The notes beneath the pieces were generated by a model that worked only from the letters and a program-made list of their open reading frames with translations, had not been told where the DNA came from and searched no databases. A stretch of DNA of 32,000 nt from Candidatus Kuenenia stuttgartensis (lineage in GTDB: Bacteria; Planctomycetota; Brocadiia; Brocadiales; Brocadiaceae): positions 4,020,001 through 4,052,000 of the forward strand of contig NZ_LT934425.1 of assembly GCF_900232105.1 (NCBI RefSeq), given 5' to 3'. Each line of letters opens with the position of its first letter. Position 1 is the first letter of the stretch. Both the position numbers and the translations under genes were made by a program. This document shows, one piece after another, positions 16,806 to 27,384 of the stretch.

Positions 16806-19502
16806 ATGAAAACAAATATTGGACCATTAAAAGATAACGACACAATAGCAATTATTGGCGGCGGGCCTGCGGGGAGTTTTTTTGCACACTTTGCATTAAA
16901 ACTGGCAAAGGAACTGAATAAAAAGATTACCATTTACATTCTCTGCGGAAAGGATTTTATCCAGAAAGGTCCTGTTGGCTGTAAAATGTGCGCGGGGGTA
17001 TTGTCGGAGACCCTTATTGCGAAAATGGAACAGGAAGGAATTGTACTTCCGACGTCACGCATTCAAAATGAAATAGACGGATATTTCTTTCAGTCGCAGG
17101 AACGCGGCATCTCTCTCCATCACCCGCTTCCGGGCCATAAACCAAGAATTATTACCATTTTCCGCGGAGGGGGGCCAAGGTATTCCCTCTCTGACGTAAA
17201 CATTAGTTTTGATGATTTTTTATTAAACCACAGCGCTTCTATGGGAGCGAAGGTGCTTTCCGCGATTGTAGAAGAAATTGAGTTGCCGGAAAATCCTCAG
17301 CATTTAGTAAATATTGTATACAGGGAGGAAGGCATACGAAAAAAAATATCGGTAAGCCTCGCCGTTGGCGCATTCGGGGTAAATACGTCGCTTACCAAAA
17401 GAATCGTGGGGAAGAAACATGGGTATCGCGAACCGCGGTCGATACGCACATGCAATGCGGAACTCCCGCTGGGGAGGTCTTATATCAGGGAGCGTTTCCA
17501 AAGAACTATCTACATATTTTCACTGGGAATCAAGCCAATTAAATTTGCAGCGCTTATACCCAAAGACGACTACGTTACCGTATCCCTCGTCGGCAATGAA
17601 GACATCACAAAGGCGCATTTAATGCAGTTTATAAAGCACCCCCGAATACGTGAACTTTTGCCGGAAGGGTGGTCGCTGCCGGAAAACGTGTGCATCTGTT
17701 TTCCCAAAATCCCGGTCGCGCATGCCGCACACCCCTATTCTGACAGATTTGTGATAACGGGAGATGCAAGTATTTCCCGTACCTATAAAAACGGCATTGA
17801 ATCGTCTTTTGAAACTTCCCGGTTAGCCGCTTACGCCGCTTTTTATCACGGCATTTCAGAAAAGGATTTTAAGGAAGCGTATTATACGCCGGCGCTGAAA
17901 TTACTTGCGCACGACAATTTTTACGGCAAACTTATATTAAACCTTCACGATTATATCACCTCAAAAAAACACATCGCAAACACGCACATCGACTACCTCT
18001 GCAAACACAAGGATACCTGGGGGGCGCAGCGCATCAATGCCATTTTGTGGAACATGGTTACCGGCAACATCGGGTATAAGGAAATATTTTACGATGCAAT
18101 GAGTTTTCGGTTACAGGCAGTTATGTTTCCTCATAATTTCAGATCCTCGGTCAAAATGGTGTATGGGTATTTCCGCAAACTGACCAATACAGATCTTGCG
18201 GGAACAGCCAGATCGAAAGAAACACCGGCATTGGGTCCCCTGAAAAATCAAAGCACCGTAGTTATAATCGGAGGCGGGCCTGCAGGTACCAGTTGCGGGA
18301 TTGCCCTGAAGCATCTTGCCAAAGAGAAAAATATTGACATAAACGTTATTTTATACGAAATGAAGGATTTTGAAGGTGGAATTGAACACAATGAATGTGC
18401 CGGAGTACTCTCCCATCCTATTGAACATATCATGGAGGATACCTTAAAAATCCCCTTCCCATGGTATCTGGTGAAAAGGGATATACCAGGTTATTATCTT
18501 CACGCAAATGGGCAAACGATAACGCTTGAAGGCAACGGAGAAATATCTTACGCCCTTCGCAGAATTCAATTTGATGCATATCTTCTGCAAAAAGCAAAAG
18601 AAGCCGGCGTTACCGTAATCAAAAGCAAGGTTACTGATATAGAAATCGGACGGGAAAAGATTGTTATCTATAGCGAAACCCGGCATACCAGCGCCGATGT
18701 TGTAGTGGGCGCCTTCGGTATAGAAGAAGGTACACATAAATTATTTGAAAGCGGCACACCGTATAAATCCCCGAAATATTTACTCTCCATATTAACGAAA
18801 TTTCATCCCAAAGGGAAATACCATGATTTAGAAAATACCGATGGATATATCCATGCCTTTTTATCGTCGATAAAAGAAATAGAGTTTGGCGCAATCACCC
18901 CAAAGGCAGACCACTATACCATCAACATTGCAGGGGCTAAAATTTCTTCAAAATCTATGGATAATTTTTTGCAGCAATCCGAGGTAATGAACCAGCTTCC
19001 GGAGTGTTTTAAGGATGCTTTAGGACACTTCGACTATCATAGGGGGTGTTTTCCGGTGAAACCTGCAAAAAATCCCTTTGGCGACAGATATGTAATTATC
19101 GGGGATGCGGCAGGCCTTATCCGTCCGTTTAAGGGCAAGGGAGTGAATGCGGCATGTTTAATGGGCATTAAAGCGGCGGAAACTATGATGAACGTTGGCA
19201 TATCAAAAAGGGCTTTTCATACCTCATATTTTAACAGTTTTTACGACGTCATTAAGGACTTGCCCTATGCAAGAGCAGTCAGGCGCTTTATTATATGGGG
19301 TGCGTATTATGGTTTTTTGGGGAGTGTTATTCAGATTGCCAAAAGCAACCCTGAATTAAAAGGGGCATTGTTTGACAGCGTTTCAGGGAGAAGGACGTAC
19401 CGAAGGATACTTATTGATGCATTCAGCGTGCGATTATCTTTCAAGATATTCGCTGCTATTATTCAATGTTTCATTTCAAAGATAACAAAAAAACAGCGCT
19501 AA
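16806..19502 (+). CDS. Tandem-fused geranylgeranyl-reductase-like FAD-dependent oxidoreductase
   Basis: 898 aa; two complete dinucleotide-binding starts, IAIIGGGPAGSFFAHFAL and VVIIGGGPAGTSCGIAL, each followed by a CAGVLS motif. The second half also contains YVIIGDAAGLIRPFKGKGVNAA. Confidence 0.85.
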   Translation: MKTNIGPLKDNDTIAIIGGGPAGSFFAHFALKLAKELNKKITIYILCGKDFIQKGPVGCKMCAGVLSETLIAKMEQEGIVLPTSRIQNEIDGYFFQSQERGISLHHPLPGHKPRIITIFRGGGPRYSLSDVNISFDDFLLNHSASMGAKVLSAIVEEIELPENPQHLVNIVYREEGIRKKISVSLAVGAFGVNTSLTKRIVGKKHGYREPRSIRTCNAELPLGRSYIRERFQRTIYIFSLGIKPIKFAALIPKDDYVTVSLVGNEDITKAHLMQFIKHPRIRELLPEGWSLPENVCICFPKIPVAHAAHPYSDRFVITGDASISRTYKNGIESSFETSRLAAYAAFYHGISEKDFKEAYYTPALKLLAHDNFYGKLILNLHDYITSKKHIANTHIDYLCKHKDTWGAQRINAILWNMVTGNIGYKEIFYDAMSFRLQAVMFPHNFRSSVKMVYGYFRKLTNTDLAGTARSKETPALGPLKNQSTVVIIGGGPAGTSCGIALKHLAKEKNIDINVILYEMKDFEGGIEHNECAGVLSHPIEHIMEDTLKIPFPWYLVKRDIPGYYLHANGQTITLEGNGEISYALRRIQFDAYLLQKAKEAGVTVIKSKVTDIEIGREKIVIYSETRHTSADVVVGAFGIEEGTHKLFESGTPYKSPKYLLSILTKFHPKGKYHDLENTDGYIHAFLSSIKEIEFGAITPKADHYTINIAGAKISSKSMDNFLQQSEVMNQLPECFKDALGHFDYHRGCFPVKPAKNPFGDRYVIIGDAAGLIRPFKGKGVNAACLMGIKAAETMMNVGISKRAFHTSYFNSFYDVIKDLPYARAVRRFIIWGAYYGFLGSVIQIAKSNPELKGALFDSVSGRRTYRRILIDAFSVRLSFKIFAAIIQCFISKITKKQR

Positions 19503-19507
19503 TCATA

Positions 19508-20164
19508 TCATTCCAGGTTTGAATGCCTCCTGTTCATTTCCTGTTCCGAACTTCTCAATTCCGTCACGAGCAAATGAATTACACCGTCTAAATAAACAAG
19601 GCAGGCTTGTTCGAAAAGCGTACTGCGGAATTGGATAGAACCATTGATTTTGTTGTGCGTACGGATTTCCTGCACAGGTAGATCTACGATAATATCGGCA
19701 TATTCAGTAAGAGGTGAATTTTTCTGCGAGGTAATTGCAGCAACAGTGGCAAAGGATTTTTTTGCCAATTCCGCTATGTAGCAGGTAATGTGCGTATTCC
19801 CTGAACTACTGCAGGCAATCAATAAATCCCCTTTATCGATATTCGGCGTCGTGGCGTCTCCCACACAGTAAGCGTTTAAACCAATATGTGTCAGTCTCAT
19901 TGCAAAAGTACGGGACACCAGACCGGAACGGCCCTGCCCAGTCACAAATATATTCTTTGCATCAAGAATCGACGAAAACAATTGTGCAAAGGACTGTTCA
20001 TTTATCTTATCAAGAACAGAATGAATTTCATTCAATATTATTTTTGTAGTTGGTTTTATGACCAGGGTAGTAGTGTTTTTATGTAATTTCATGATTTTCG
20101 GCACGAACATTTTAAGCCCCCCTCCACAGATTTTTGGTGATTTTAACAAAAATTTACCGCTCAT
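19508..20164 (-). CDS. SIS-domain protein, 6-phospho-3-hexuloisomerase-like
   Basis: 218 aa ORF (true start possibly the ATG ending at 20092, MKLHKN...); NIFVTGQGRSGLVSRTFAMRLTHIGLNAYCVGDATTPNIDKGDLLIACSSSGNT. Confidence 0.85.
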   Translation of the reverse strand: MSGKFLLKSPKICGGGLKMFVPKIMKLHKNTTTLVIKPTTKIILNEIHSVLDKINEQSFAQLFSSILDAKNIFVTGQGRSGLVSRTFAMRLTHIGLNAYCVGDATTPNIDKGDLLIACSSSGNTHITCYIAELAKKSFATVAAITSQKNSPLTEYADIIVDLPVQEIRTHNKINGSIQFRSTLFEQACLVYLDGVIHLLVTELRSSEQEMNRRHSNLE

Positions 20165-20686
20165 AATAATAAAATATTTGTAACTTACTGAGCCGGCATA
20201 GTCAGAACCAAATAAGATAAGATATTAAAAACACGAAATTCGAATGGCGGGGGATTAAGGGGGTGGAATTGTCTGCGGAGGAAATCTGGGAGGTTTATAA
20301 CATGAATAGCCATAAGTTTTTCTTCTCATTCCTACGTTCTGCGGGAATGCATGTCACGAAACAGGATAAAATTGTCCATTTGACCAGCCTGCGGAGCGTG
20401 GGAAAGAGGGTCAAATTTGTTTTCATAATAAAGGGGTAGTTGAATCGATGGAGAAATCCAGTCCACCCCCTGCACCCCCACGGCAACGTCAAAGTCACCC
20501 TATGAAAGACGCGGATCAAGAATTTGTGCCAAAAGCTCCCGTCAGTAAGTGGAGAAGAAAGTAAAAAACGATAGAATTCCCATATAAATCGGCAAAAATG
20601 AGCAAAACAAGCAAAATGTAACGGGAGTATCCCTGTGGTAACGAAAGAGATAGTAAAAAAATAAAGGCTTTTTTTTGTTCTCTACA

Positions 20687-22446
20687 TTACAAGCGAAGCA
20701 TTTGAAGTGAAAGAAAAGGTCTTGCCGCAAAATTTCTGAGCGTCTTTGCAATATTTGGTACATTGAGAAAATGAAACAGCCCAACCACAAGGTTCTTCAA
20801 AGAAGCCATTGCCCTTGGGGCATTTTGTGTGCGTATTTGAGAATGGTCTTCACGGAAGGAGGTATCACGCACATAATGAAGTCCATTTTCTATTGACCAG
20901 TGTCCGCGGGAAAACTTAAGAATGGTTTTGGGACTTGCTTTTTGTTGTGTCAGGCTGGTAATACCGTAAACAATTTCCTCGGTCTTTTTGCCGGTCTTGA
21001 CTTTTGTAAATATTCTATGAATGCAAAATACCTGCTTAACGTAGGGGAAATCAAGTTATTCGTTTAATTCGGTGCTGGTCCAAATCCTGCGGATTTCAAT
21101 GCGGCCATGGCCTTTTTCAATTGTTTCGTGCTGAGGGGGGGAAAAGAACTGAGATTCAGTTCCTTGATGGCTTGTTTTATGGTTTTTTGATTATCTTTCA
21201 CCGTGAATATATATTCTGCCTTTTTGTCTTCTACCAGATAACGGGCGGTTTCCTTTTGCGCATGTAAGGCATCGAAAGTAACGACACGGTCTTTTATGTC
21301 TAAATCATCAAACAATACCGGAACCATCGGTATTTCGTTTGTTTTGCGGTCTACCTGAGTTTGTGCGAGAACTATACCCTGTTTATGAAGAAAAGCGGCA
21401 AGCAAATGTACCTGTTTGCCGTCAGGCTGTCTTGCACCGCAAAGGGTTTTCCCGTCAACCGCAATGGGCAGGCTTTTATCACCTACAGATTGAAACCAAC
21501 GCGAGAGGACTTTATCAACTGCTTCTGCATCCACCTGCTGTAAGAAACGCCTGATGGTAGGTTCACTCGGTGGTTCGTATCGTTTCGTTTTTGCATTGTA
21601 ACGGCAGGAGAGACGTTTGAGCATATTTTGCGGACAACGCTTTGCCCACTCTGCAATGGCGGCAAAGCTCCAGGCATTGCAGATGATAGCACAGATAGAA
21701 ATTGCCAGGATAGAACGTTTCCTGTGGCGAACGCCTCTGGGCATGCGATGTTCAGGGATTTGCTGCAATAATTCGTCAAGAAATTCCGCATCTTTTAAAG
21801 ATAATTTCATAGGCTTTGTCTCCTTTCTTAATTGTATGGTAAGATTAAGGTTGTTAAGTTGTTTTTGGACTTGTGCTTTCAATGAGCGAACAAAGACCAT
21901 CTTTGGCTTATTGTGCAGAAGATAGCCTTGTGATGATCTGGCAAAACCGGTTGAATGTCCTAAAAAAATCCATCCTGCGGCCTTATAGCAGACGCCTTTA
22001 AAAAAACGAGGATCGACAAAGGTCTCCACAAGCCAGATTGGATGCCCATAGACCTTAGTCCAGTCTTGTGATAAGCGCTTAAGGTTAAGAGAAAGAATAC
22101 GGGAGGCAAGGTTTGGTACGTGTATCTGAGGAAGGATCAGGAAACGTGAGTTGTTTGCTATGAGTTTCAGTCGTTGCGATTTTAAAAATGGCGGCCATCC
22201 AATCCACTTATCGCGAACGGTACATTTTAATGCTGCGGCAGCCCAGCCGATCAAGGCAAGCCATTGTCCCTGTGATTCCGCTACGTAGCGAATTGATTCT
22301 CCTACGAGAGAATGAAATCCAAGGTAATGATGCTGGCGCATCAGTGTGTCCCAATTTGCCTGGTCGTTTTGTGAAACAGGACGAACGGTAATTGAATGAA
22401 GTAGTTCGTTGTGTGTGTTATCGATTGGTGTTGTATGCTGGTTCAT
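20687..22446 (-). pseudogene. DUF4338 (DruA-like) domain fused to ISAs1-family transposase; frameshifted
   Basis: 22446-21064 encodes a DUF4338 N-terminal half (HYLGF, LIANNSRFLILP, RLSQDW, HPIWLVETFVD) followed by the ISAs1 DDE region (AVDGKTLCGARQPDG, FDALHAQKETARYLVE, YIFTVKDNQ). The rest (KGHGRIEIRR... YGITSLTQQ... SRGHWSIENGLHYVRDTSFREDHSQIR) is in another frame down to 20687. Confidence 0.88.
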
Positions 22447-22506
22447 GCCCTATAATATAAAATATTTTAGGGGGAATGTCCACGTTTTTTTACATATCTT
22501 TGTATA

Positions 22507-22900
22507 TTATGTGCTTATGGAAAACTTTGACAGCGCCGTGGGTGTGTCATAGGACGTACCAACAATAACTGTCCCTAGATTAGTCAGCAATTCATAGATA
22601 CCAAACGGACATCCAACACCAATTGCCTGAGAACGAAAATCATGGGCCAAAACTTCGTTTACTATTTTTGTCCACGCCTTGCCCTCATTTCTGAAATTAC
22701 CTATCAATTCCTTTTTCTTACTGTCAACACTGATTATTGGCTGACCAGAATCTTCAAAATACTTTTTTGTCTCATTAATAATTTCAAACTGTCTATTACG
22801 GTCCGGATGACGTGTCTCTGCTATCGTTTTGCGATTTACCCTCAGAGAATAATCCATGTCCTTAAGAAGCTTGCTAACTGTTGTTGCACATACGCTTAGC
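22507..22900 (-). pseudogene. ISAzo13-family transposase fragment
   Basis: TTVSKLLKDMDYSLRVNRKTIAETRHPDRNRQFEIINETKKYFEDSGQPIISVDSKKKELIGNFRNEG...HDF is typical of the middle of ISAzo13-like transposases; both ends missing. Confidence 0.8.
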
Positions 22901-23045
22901 TGGTAGGCTGGAGGCCATTAGCCTCCAACCCCCACTCGTCGCCAGATACTTTGGACAACGTGACAAAGCATCCTTTTTAAACCATACGTCTTTCTCGTAG
23001 TCAGCGACCCCGAAGTGTTGCTCTATAACAGAGAAAAGTCAAACA

Positions 23046-24236
23046 TCATGCTTTAGCACACGCCTTAAGAAATTCTCTTTCGAATGAGAGTAACCCCATT
23101 TTAAAGAATCGGTGAACAGGGAAACGCTTGTTGTCTGTTCTCCATTTTCTTGAGAACTTGAAACATCTCAGTCTCATGCGTACCCAACAGTCTAATGAGC
23201 GATATACCTTTTGTACATTGCCCAGCCGAAAATAGTTGACATGCCCACGAATTACAGGGTTTAATGTATCAACAATGGCTTGCAGATTGACGCCCTGTGT
23301 ACGTCTGGTGATGTCTCTGATGTTGTTCCTTCGGCAGGCTCAGGACAGGCTCTTGAGTTTGTTCAGTGATTTCGTGCTTATACCCTTATACTTGCCCTTG
23401 AAATCGTATCCGAGAAACCTGAAACCTCTTTCGAAGTTGGTGAGCTTGGTTTTATCCTCGCTCAGCTTCATTCCAAGTTTCCCTGCAATGATTTCTTTGA
23501 CATAGCTGAGGGCGGCTGGGAGTTCATCTTTTGTTTTAGTCATGACAACGAAATCATCGGCGTATCGGACAAACTTATATCCAGCCTTTTCAAGTTCCTT
23601 GTCGATGATGTCACCGATAAGGTTTGCAAGCAAAGGGGAAATGACGCCTCCTTGCGGAGTGCCTTTGTTTGTCTCGTGCACGATGCCGTCCTCCATGACC
23701 CCTGCCTTGAGCATGTTCTCAATACTGTTCAAAACCCATCCATCAGCAATTTTCTCACGTAAGGAGTCCATAATAAGCTTATGGGGTATGGTGTCATAGA
23801 ATGCCATTATATCGGCATCAAGGACGCTGGTATACCCTTCCTGCTTATACTGTTCAAGCCGTTTGATAGCATCGTGACAGCATCTGTCAGGGCGAAATCC
23901 AAAGCTGTTATCTGAGAATCCTTTCTCAAATATTGGCTCTATGATTTGCCTGAACGCCTGCTGTACAATCCTGTCCTTAACAATGGGAATGCCAAGAGGT
24001 CTCTTGTCATGCCTGCCTTTGGGGATGTATACCCGCAGGACAGGCGCAGGGTTGTATATGGCAGTCTTGAGTTCCTGATGGATACTCATGATATTCACAT
24101 CAAGATTGGACTCAAATTGCTTAATACTTACCCTGTCAAGACCAGCTTTGCCTTTATTCTTCTTTACGTGTTTGAAAGCAGCATAAAGGTTTTTCAGACT
24201 AAACACCTTGTCTCTTAATGAATGATACTTAAGCAT
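23046..24236 (-). pseudogene. ltrA: Group II intron reverse transcriptase/maturase, interrupted by a short repeat insertion
   Basis: RYADDFVVM catalytic motif, KGTPQGGVISPLLANL, RPLGIPIVKDRIVQQAF. The frame resumes after an internal TGA (23340) as NIRDITRRTQGVNLQAIVDTLNPVIRGHVNYFRLGNVQKVYRSLDCWVRMRLR..FKFSRKWRTDNKRFPVHRFFKMG. Confidence 0.9.
23328..23351. repeat. 24-nt REP-like microinsertion in the RT gene
   Basis: ccttcggcaggctcaggacaggct interrupts otherwise contiguous RT homology in frame and supplies the TGA stop. Confidence 0.75.
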
Positions 24237-25061
24237 CTCTCGATATATTCCTTTCGATTGATTACGGATAATAGACTTGTCAATCGTGTTTCCTGGGTAC
24301 GGATTCTCCCAAACATAGGCAAAAACAAGAGAGGCTCTTGTTACTGCTTACCTACGCAAAAGAGTTTCTTTTCTCATTGAACGTATTCAATCTGCCACTT
24401 TCATCAATTCCACTACGGTTATGCCCCTTTCATTTCCGATTCACACCGGAAACTATTATGAGCAATGCTGACGACTTCAAAGATAGACTTGTGAGAGAAG
24501 CTTGTCTATCACCATCTCATACAGCTCGGACTTCGGAATTTCCTTATACCTTGCTGTTAGGGAATTTTGCCCAAGGCGTAAGTCCTCCCCCGGTCATATG
24601 GATTACCCCTTTTCCCTTCGTGATGTATGTTCAAACGCATTAACCAGAGATGGTTTTACTTAATCTGTTTATCCATCTCCAACAAAGGACATTGTCAGTG
24701 CTTCGCTGAGAAATGGCAGTTGGCACGGAATAACACGCCACACTCATACACCCCAAAAGGTCGTCTGTACCTCGTAACTCCGTCATACCCCTCACGGGTA
24801 TATGCTATCTTTCTACGCATACGGATTGCTCCATTGTGTGCGCATAGGCACAAACTTCTCTACGAGGATTAGGCTCGCAGAGGTGGTATTTTCAACCACT
24901 CAGGTATTCCATACTTCAAGGCACACACACCTCTATCACCGCATTCTTTTTTTGTAACCGTTCACGGGCAATAATGGCAATAATTTAGAGTTGCCCGCTG
25001 CGCCGTAATTTTTTTAGAAAAAAAGTTGCGTTCCGGTTCCTGATGATTTATAGTTTCGGGA

Positions 25062-25940
25062 ATGGAAACAACCATAACATATCGGAGGCGGTCAGTCTCC
25101 CCGGAAGATATCGAGACCATCAGGCGGATCATTGAGGCGCATCCTGGCAAAAGCAGACGCTTCATTTCTTAGGAAGTTTGCAGGGAATGGGACTGGCGGC
25201 AGTCGAATGGTGTTCTTAAAGATATGGTCTGCCGAAGCCTGCTTCTTGTATTGGAGTCAAAAGGCCTCATTAAGCTGCCACACAGGAAATTCACTCCTGC
25301 CAACCCGCTTGCAGAACGAAAGAAACCATCCGGAGTAACAGTCGACAACACGTCCATTTATGGTTCTCTTGCCGATCTGTTTCCCATCAACCTTGAGCAG
25401 GTTCGCAGAACTCCCTTTGAGAAGATATTCAATGGTCTTGTAAGCGAATACCATTATCTTGGCTATACCCAACCCATTGGAGAGCACCTCAAATATATGG
25501 CCTTTTCCGGTGGCCGCCCCGTTGCATGTCTGGCATGGGGCTCTGCGCCATGGTATATCGGTGCGAGAGATCGTTTTATTGGCTGGAGTAAAAAGGCCAG
25601 AGAAAGGAATCTTCACCTGATCGCCAATAATCTCCGTTTTTTGATCCTGCCATGGGTACAGGTATCATGCTTAGCCTCATATCTGCTGGCATCTAACCGT
25701 CGGCGTCTGTCACAAGATTGGCAAGATCTATACAACCATCCGGTTTATCTACTTGAAACCTTTGTGGACACAGAACGATATCATGGTACCTGCTACAAGG
25801 CAGATAACTGGATATGTGTGGGCCAGACAACTGGTCTGGGCAAACTTAGTAAATCGCGCGAACCGCTACTTTCCAAAAAGGCCGTTTATGTCTATCCCCT
25901 GACTAAACATTTTCTCCGGGAGTTATGCTATGACGCCTGA
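25062..25940 (+). pseudogene. DUF4338 (DruA-like) protein with in-frame amber stop
   Basis: Reading from ATG 25062 gives METTITYRRRSVSPEDIETIRRIIEAHPGKSRRFIS*EVCREWDWRQSNGVLKDMVCRSLLLVLESKGLIKLP; TAG at 25170-25172, then open to 25940 (track ORF 25224-25940) with HYLGY, LIANNLRFLILP, RLSQDW, HPVYLLETFVD. Confidence 0.88.
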
Positions 25941-27384
25941 TGACGCATTGGCATTGTATAATGCAGGGCCTAAAGTTGTAATCAAAATACTGTGTGATTT
26001 AAGCAACACTGTTGAATCTCAAAAAGAGCAGATAACTCTCCTGGAAGCCAAGGTCGCCAGGCTTTCAAAGAACTCCTCCAATTCCGGCAAACGGCCTTCT
26101 TCCGATGATATTACAAAGCCCAATAAGAAGAAAAAGAAGAGTACCAGAAAAATAGGAGGACAACCCGGACACAAGAAACATGAGCGTCCATTATTTTCTG
26201 ACAAAGAGATTGATAAGGTTCATTCCTACATATTACCTGCCTGTCCGGACTGCAAAGGGGAAGTCGCCATAATGGACGGCAAACCGCGTGTCATTCAACA
26301 GGTTGAATTGATTGAAGTCCCTTTGAGTAGAGAAGAACACCGCTCATATCCGGTATGGTGTCAGACATGTCTCAAGACTCATTATATGCCATTCCCTCCT
26401 GACGTTTATAAAGAGGGGTTGTTCAAAGAACGCTTAACATCGCTGATAGCCTACATGAAAAATGTCCTCCACGCATCATTTTCTACCATCAGGAAGTATA
26501 TCAGAGATGTCCTTGGAGAAAAGATATCCCGGGGATATTTGCGTAAAGTCATATGTAAGGTATCCCGGTCTCTTGAAGCTCCGTACAACGAATTGCTCAA
26601 TCGTCTTCCTTTAGAGACAGTCGTAAATTTAGACGAAACCGGCCATAAGGAAAATGGCGATAAATTCTGGACATGGGTTTTCAAAGCCGATCTTTACGTG
26701 CTCTTCAAGATTGACAAGTCCCGTGGTTCAAAGGTCTTGATCGACGTTTTGGGTAAAGAGTTTAACGGGGTGCTGGGTTGTGACTATTTTTCTGCATATC
26801 GGAAGTACATGAATGATTTTAACGTCTCAATACAGTTTTGTATTGCCCATTTGATTCGGGATATCCGGTTCTTAACCACTTTAAAGGACCGGGAAACAAA
26901 GGTTTATGGCCAAAAACTCCTCGATGAAGTCAAAAACATGTTTAAAGTCATTCATAACCGTAAAAGCATGACGTCAGAAACCTTTACGTCTGCACTCGAG
27001 TATGCCAAAGAACAAATCATCGCGGCGGCGTTAAGCAATGTTCCAAGCAAGTTGAACAAAAATGGTAAAGAGGAGAAAAGGGAAGCCCAAAATATGGCAA
27101 ATCGCTTTCGTCGTCATGGAAAAGCATATTTTGAATTTATCACAACACCTGGCATAGATCCTACCAACAATGTGGCAGAACAAGCTATACGGTTTGTGGT
27201 GATAGATCGTCATGTAACGCAGGGTACGCGCAGCGAAAAGGGAAGACAGAGCAACGAACGTTTATGGACTGTTATAGCGACATGTTCTTTGCAAGGCCGG
27301 TCAGCTTTCAATTTCATCCTGGAGGCGGTCAAAGCATTTTTTTGTGATCAGCCTCCCCCTTCACTACTACCCGATTCCTCCTGA
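25930..27384 (+). CDS. tnpC: IS66-family transposase (TnpC)
   Basis: 484 aa; coiled-coil N-terminus, KIGGQPGHKKHERP, VVNLDETGHKENG, GVLGCDYFSAYRKYM, NNVAEQAIRFVVIDRHVTQGTRSEKGRQSNERLWTVIATC. Confidence 0.95.
   Translation: MTPDDALALYNAGPKVVIKILCDLSNTVESQKEQITLLEAKVARLSKNSSNSGKRPSSDDITKPNKKKKKSTRKIGGQPGHKKHERPLFSDKEIDKVHSYILPACPDCKGEVAIMDGKPRVIQQVELIEVPLSREEHRSYPVWCQTCLKTHYMPFPPDVYKEGLFKERLTSLIAYMKNVLHASFSTIRKYIRDVLGEKISRGYLRKVICKVSRSLEAPYNELLNRLPLETVVNLDETGHKENGDKFWTWVFKADLYVLFKIDKSRGSKVLIDVLGKEFNGVLGCDYFSAYRKYMNDFNVSIQFCIAHLIRDIRFLTTLKDRETKVYGQKLLDEVKNMFKVIHNRKSMTSETFTSALEYAKEQIIAAALSNVPSKLNKNGKEEKREAQNMANRFRRHGKAYFEFITTPGIDPTNNVAEQAIRFVVIDRHVTQGTRSEKGRQSNERLWTVIATCSLQGRSAFNFILEAVKAFFCDQPPPSLLPDSS

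Larger units (their letters stand above)
22940..24900 (-). mobile_element. Probable group II intron (boundaries approximate)
   Basis: About 600 nt of non-coding, structured-looking sequence lies upstream of the RT ORF, as expected for intron domains I-III. Exact GUGYG/AY ends and domain V not confidently identified. Confidence 0.5.

Noticed and set aside
20295-20790. ORFs 20295-20519 and 20542-20790 (-)
   Set aside because: Short and biased in composition, in the decayed 3' flank of the ISAs1 element; the second overlaps the out-of-frame C-terminal remnant of the transposase.
20520-22500. Terminal inverted repeats for the ISAs1 element
   Set aside because: I compared sequences flanking both ends by eye and found no convincing inverted pair; the boundaries need alignment with other copies.
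22960-23040. Group II intron domain V
   Set aside because: cgctgactacgagaaagacgtatggttt on the reverse strand has a GAAA loop and partial stem, but pairing is too poor to call without a covariance model search.
24338-24872. ORFs 24338-24643 and 24627-24872 (+)
   Set aside because: They lie in what is probably the structured RNA part of the group II intron (antisense). The translations look random.
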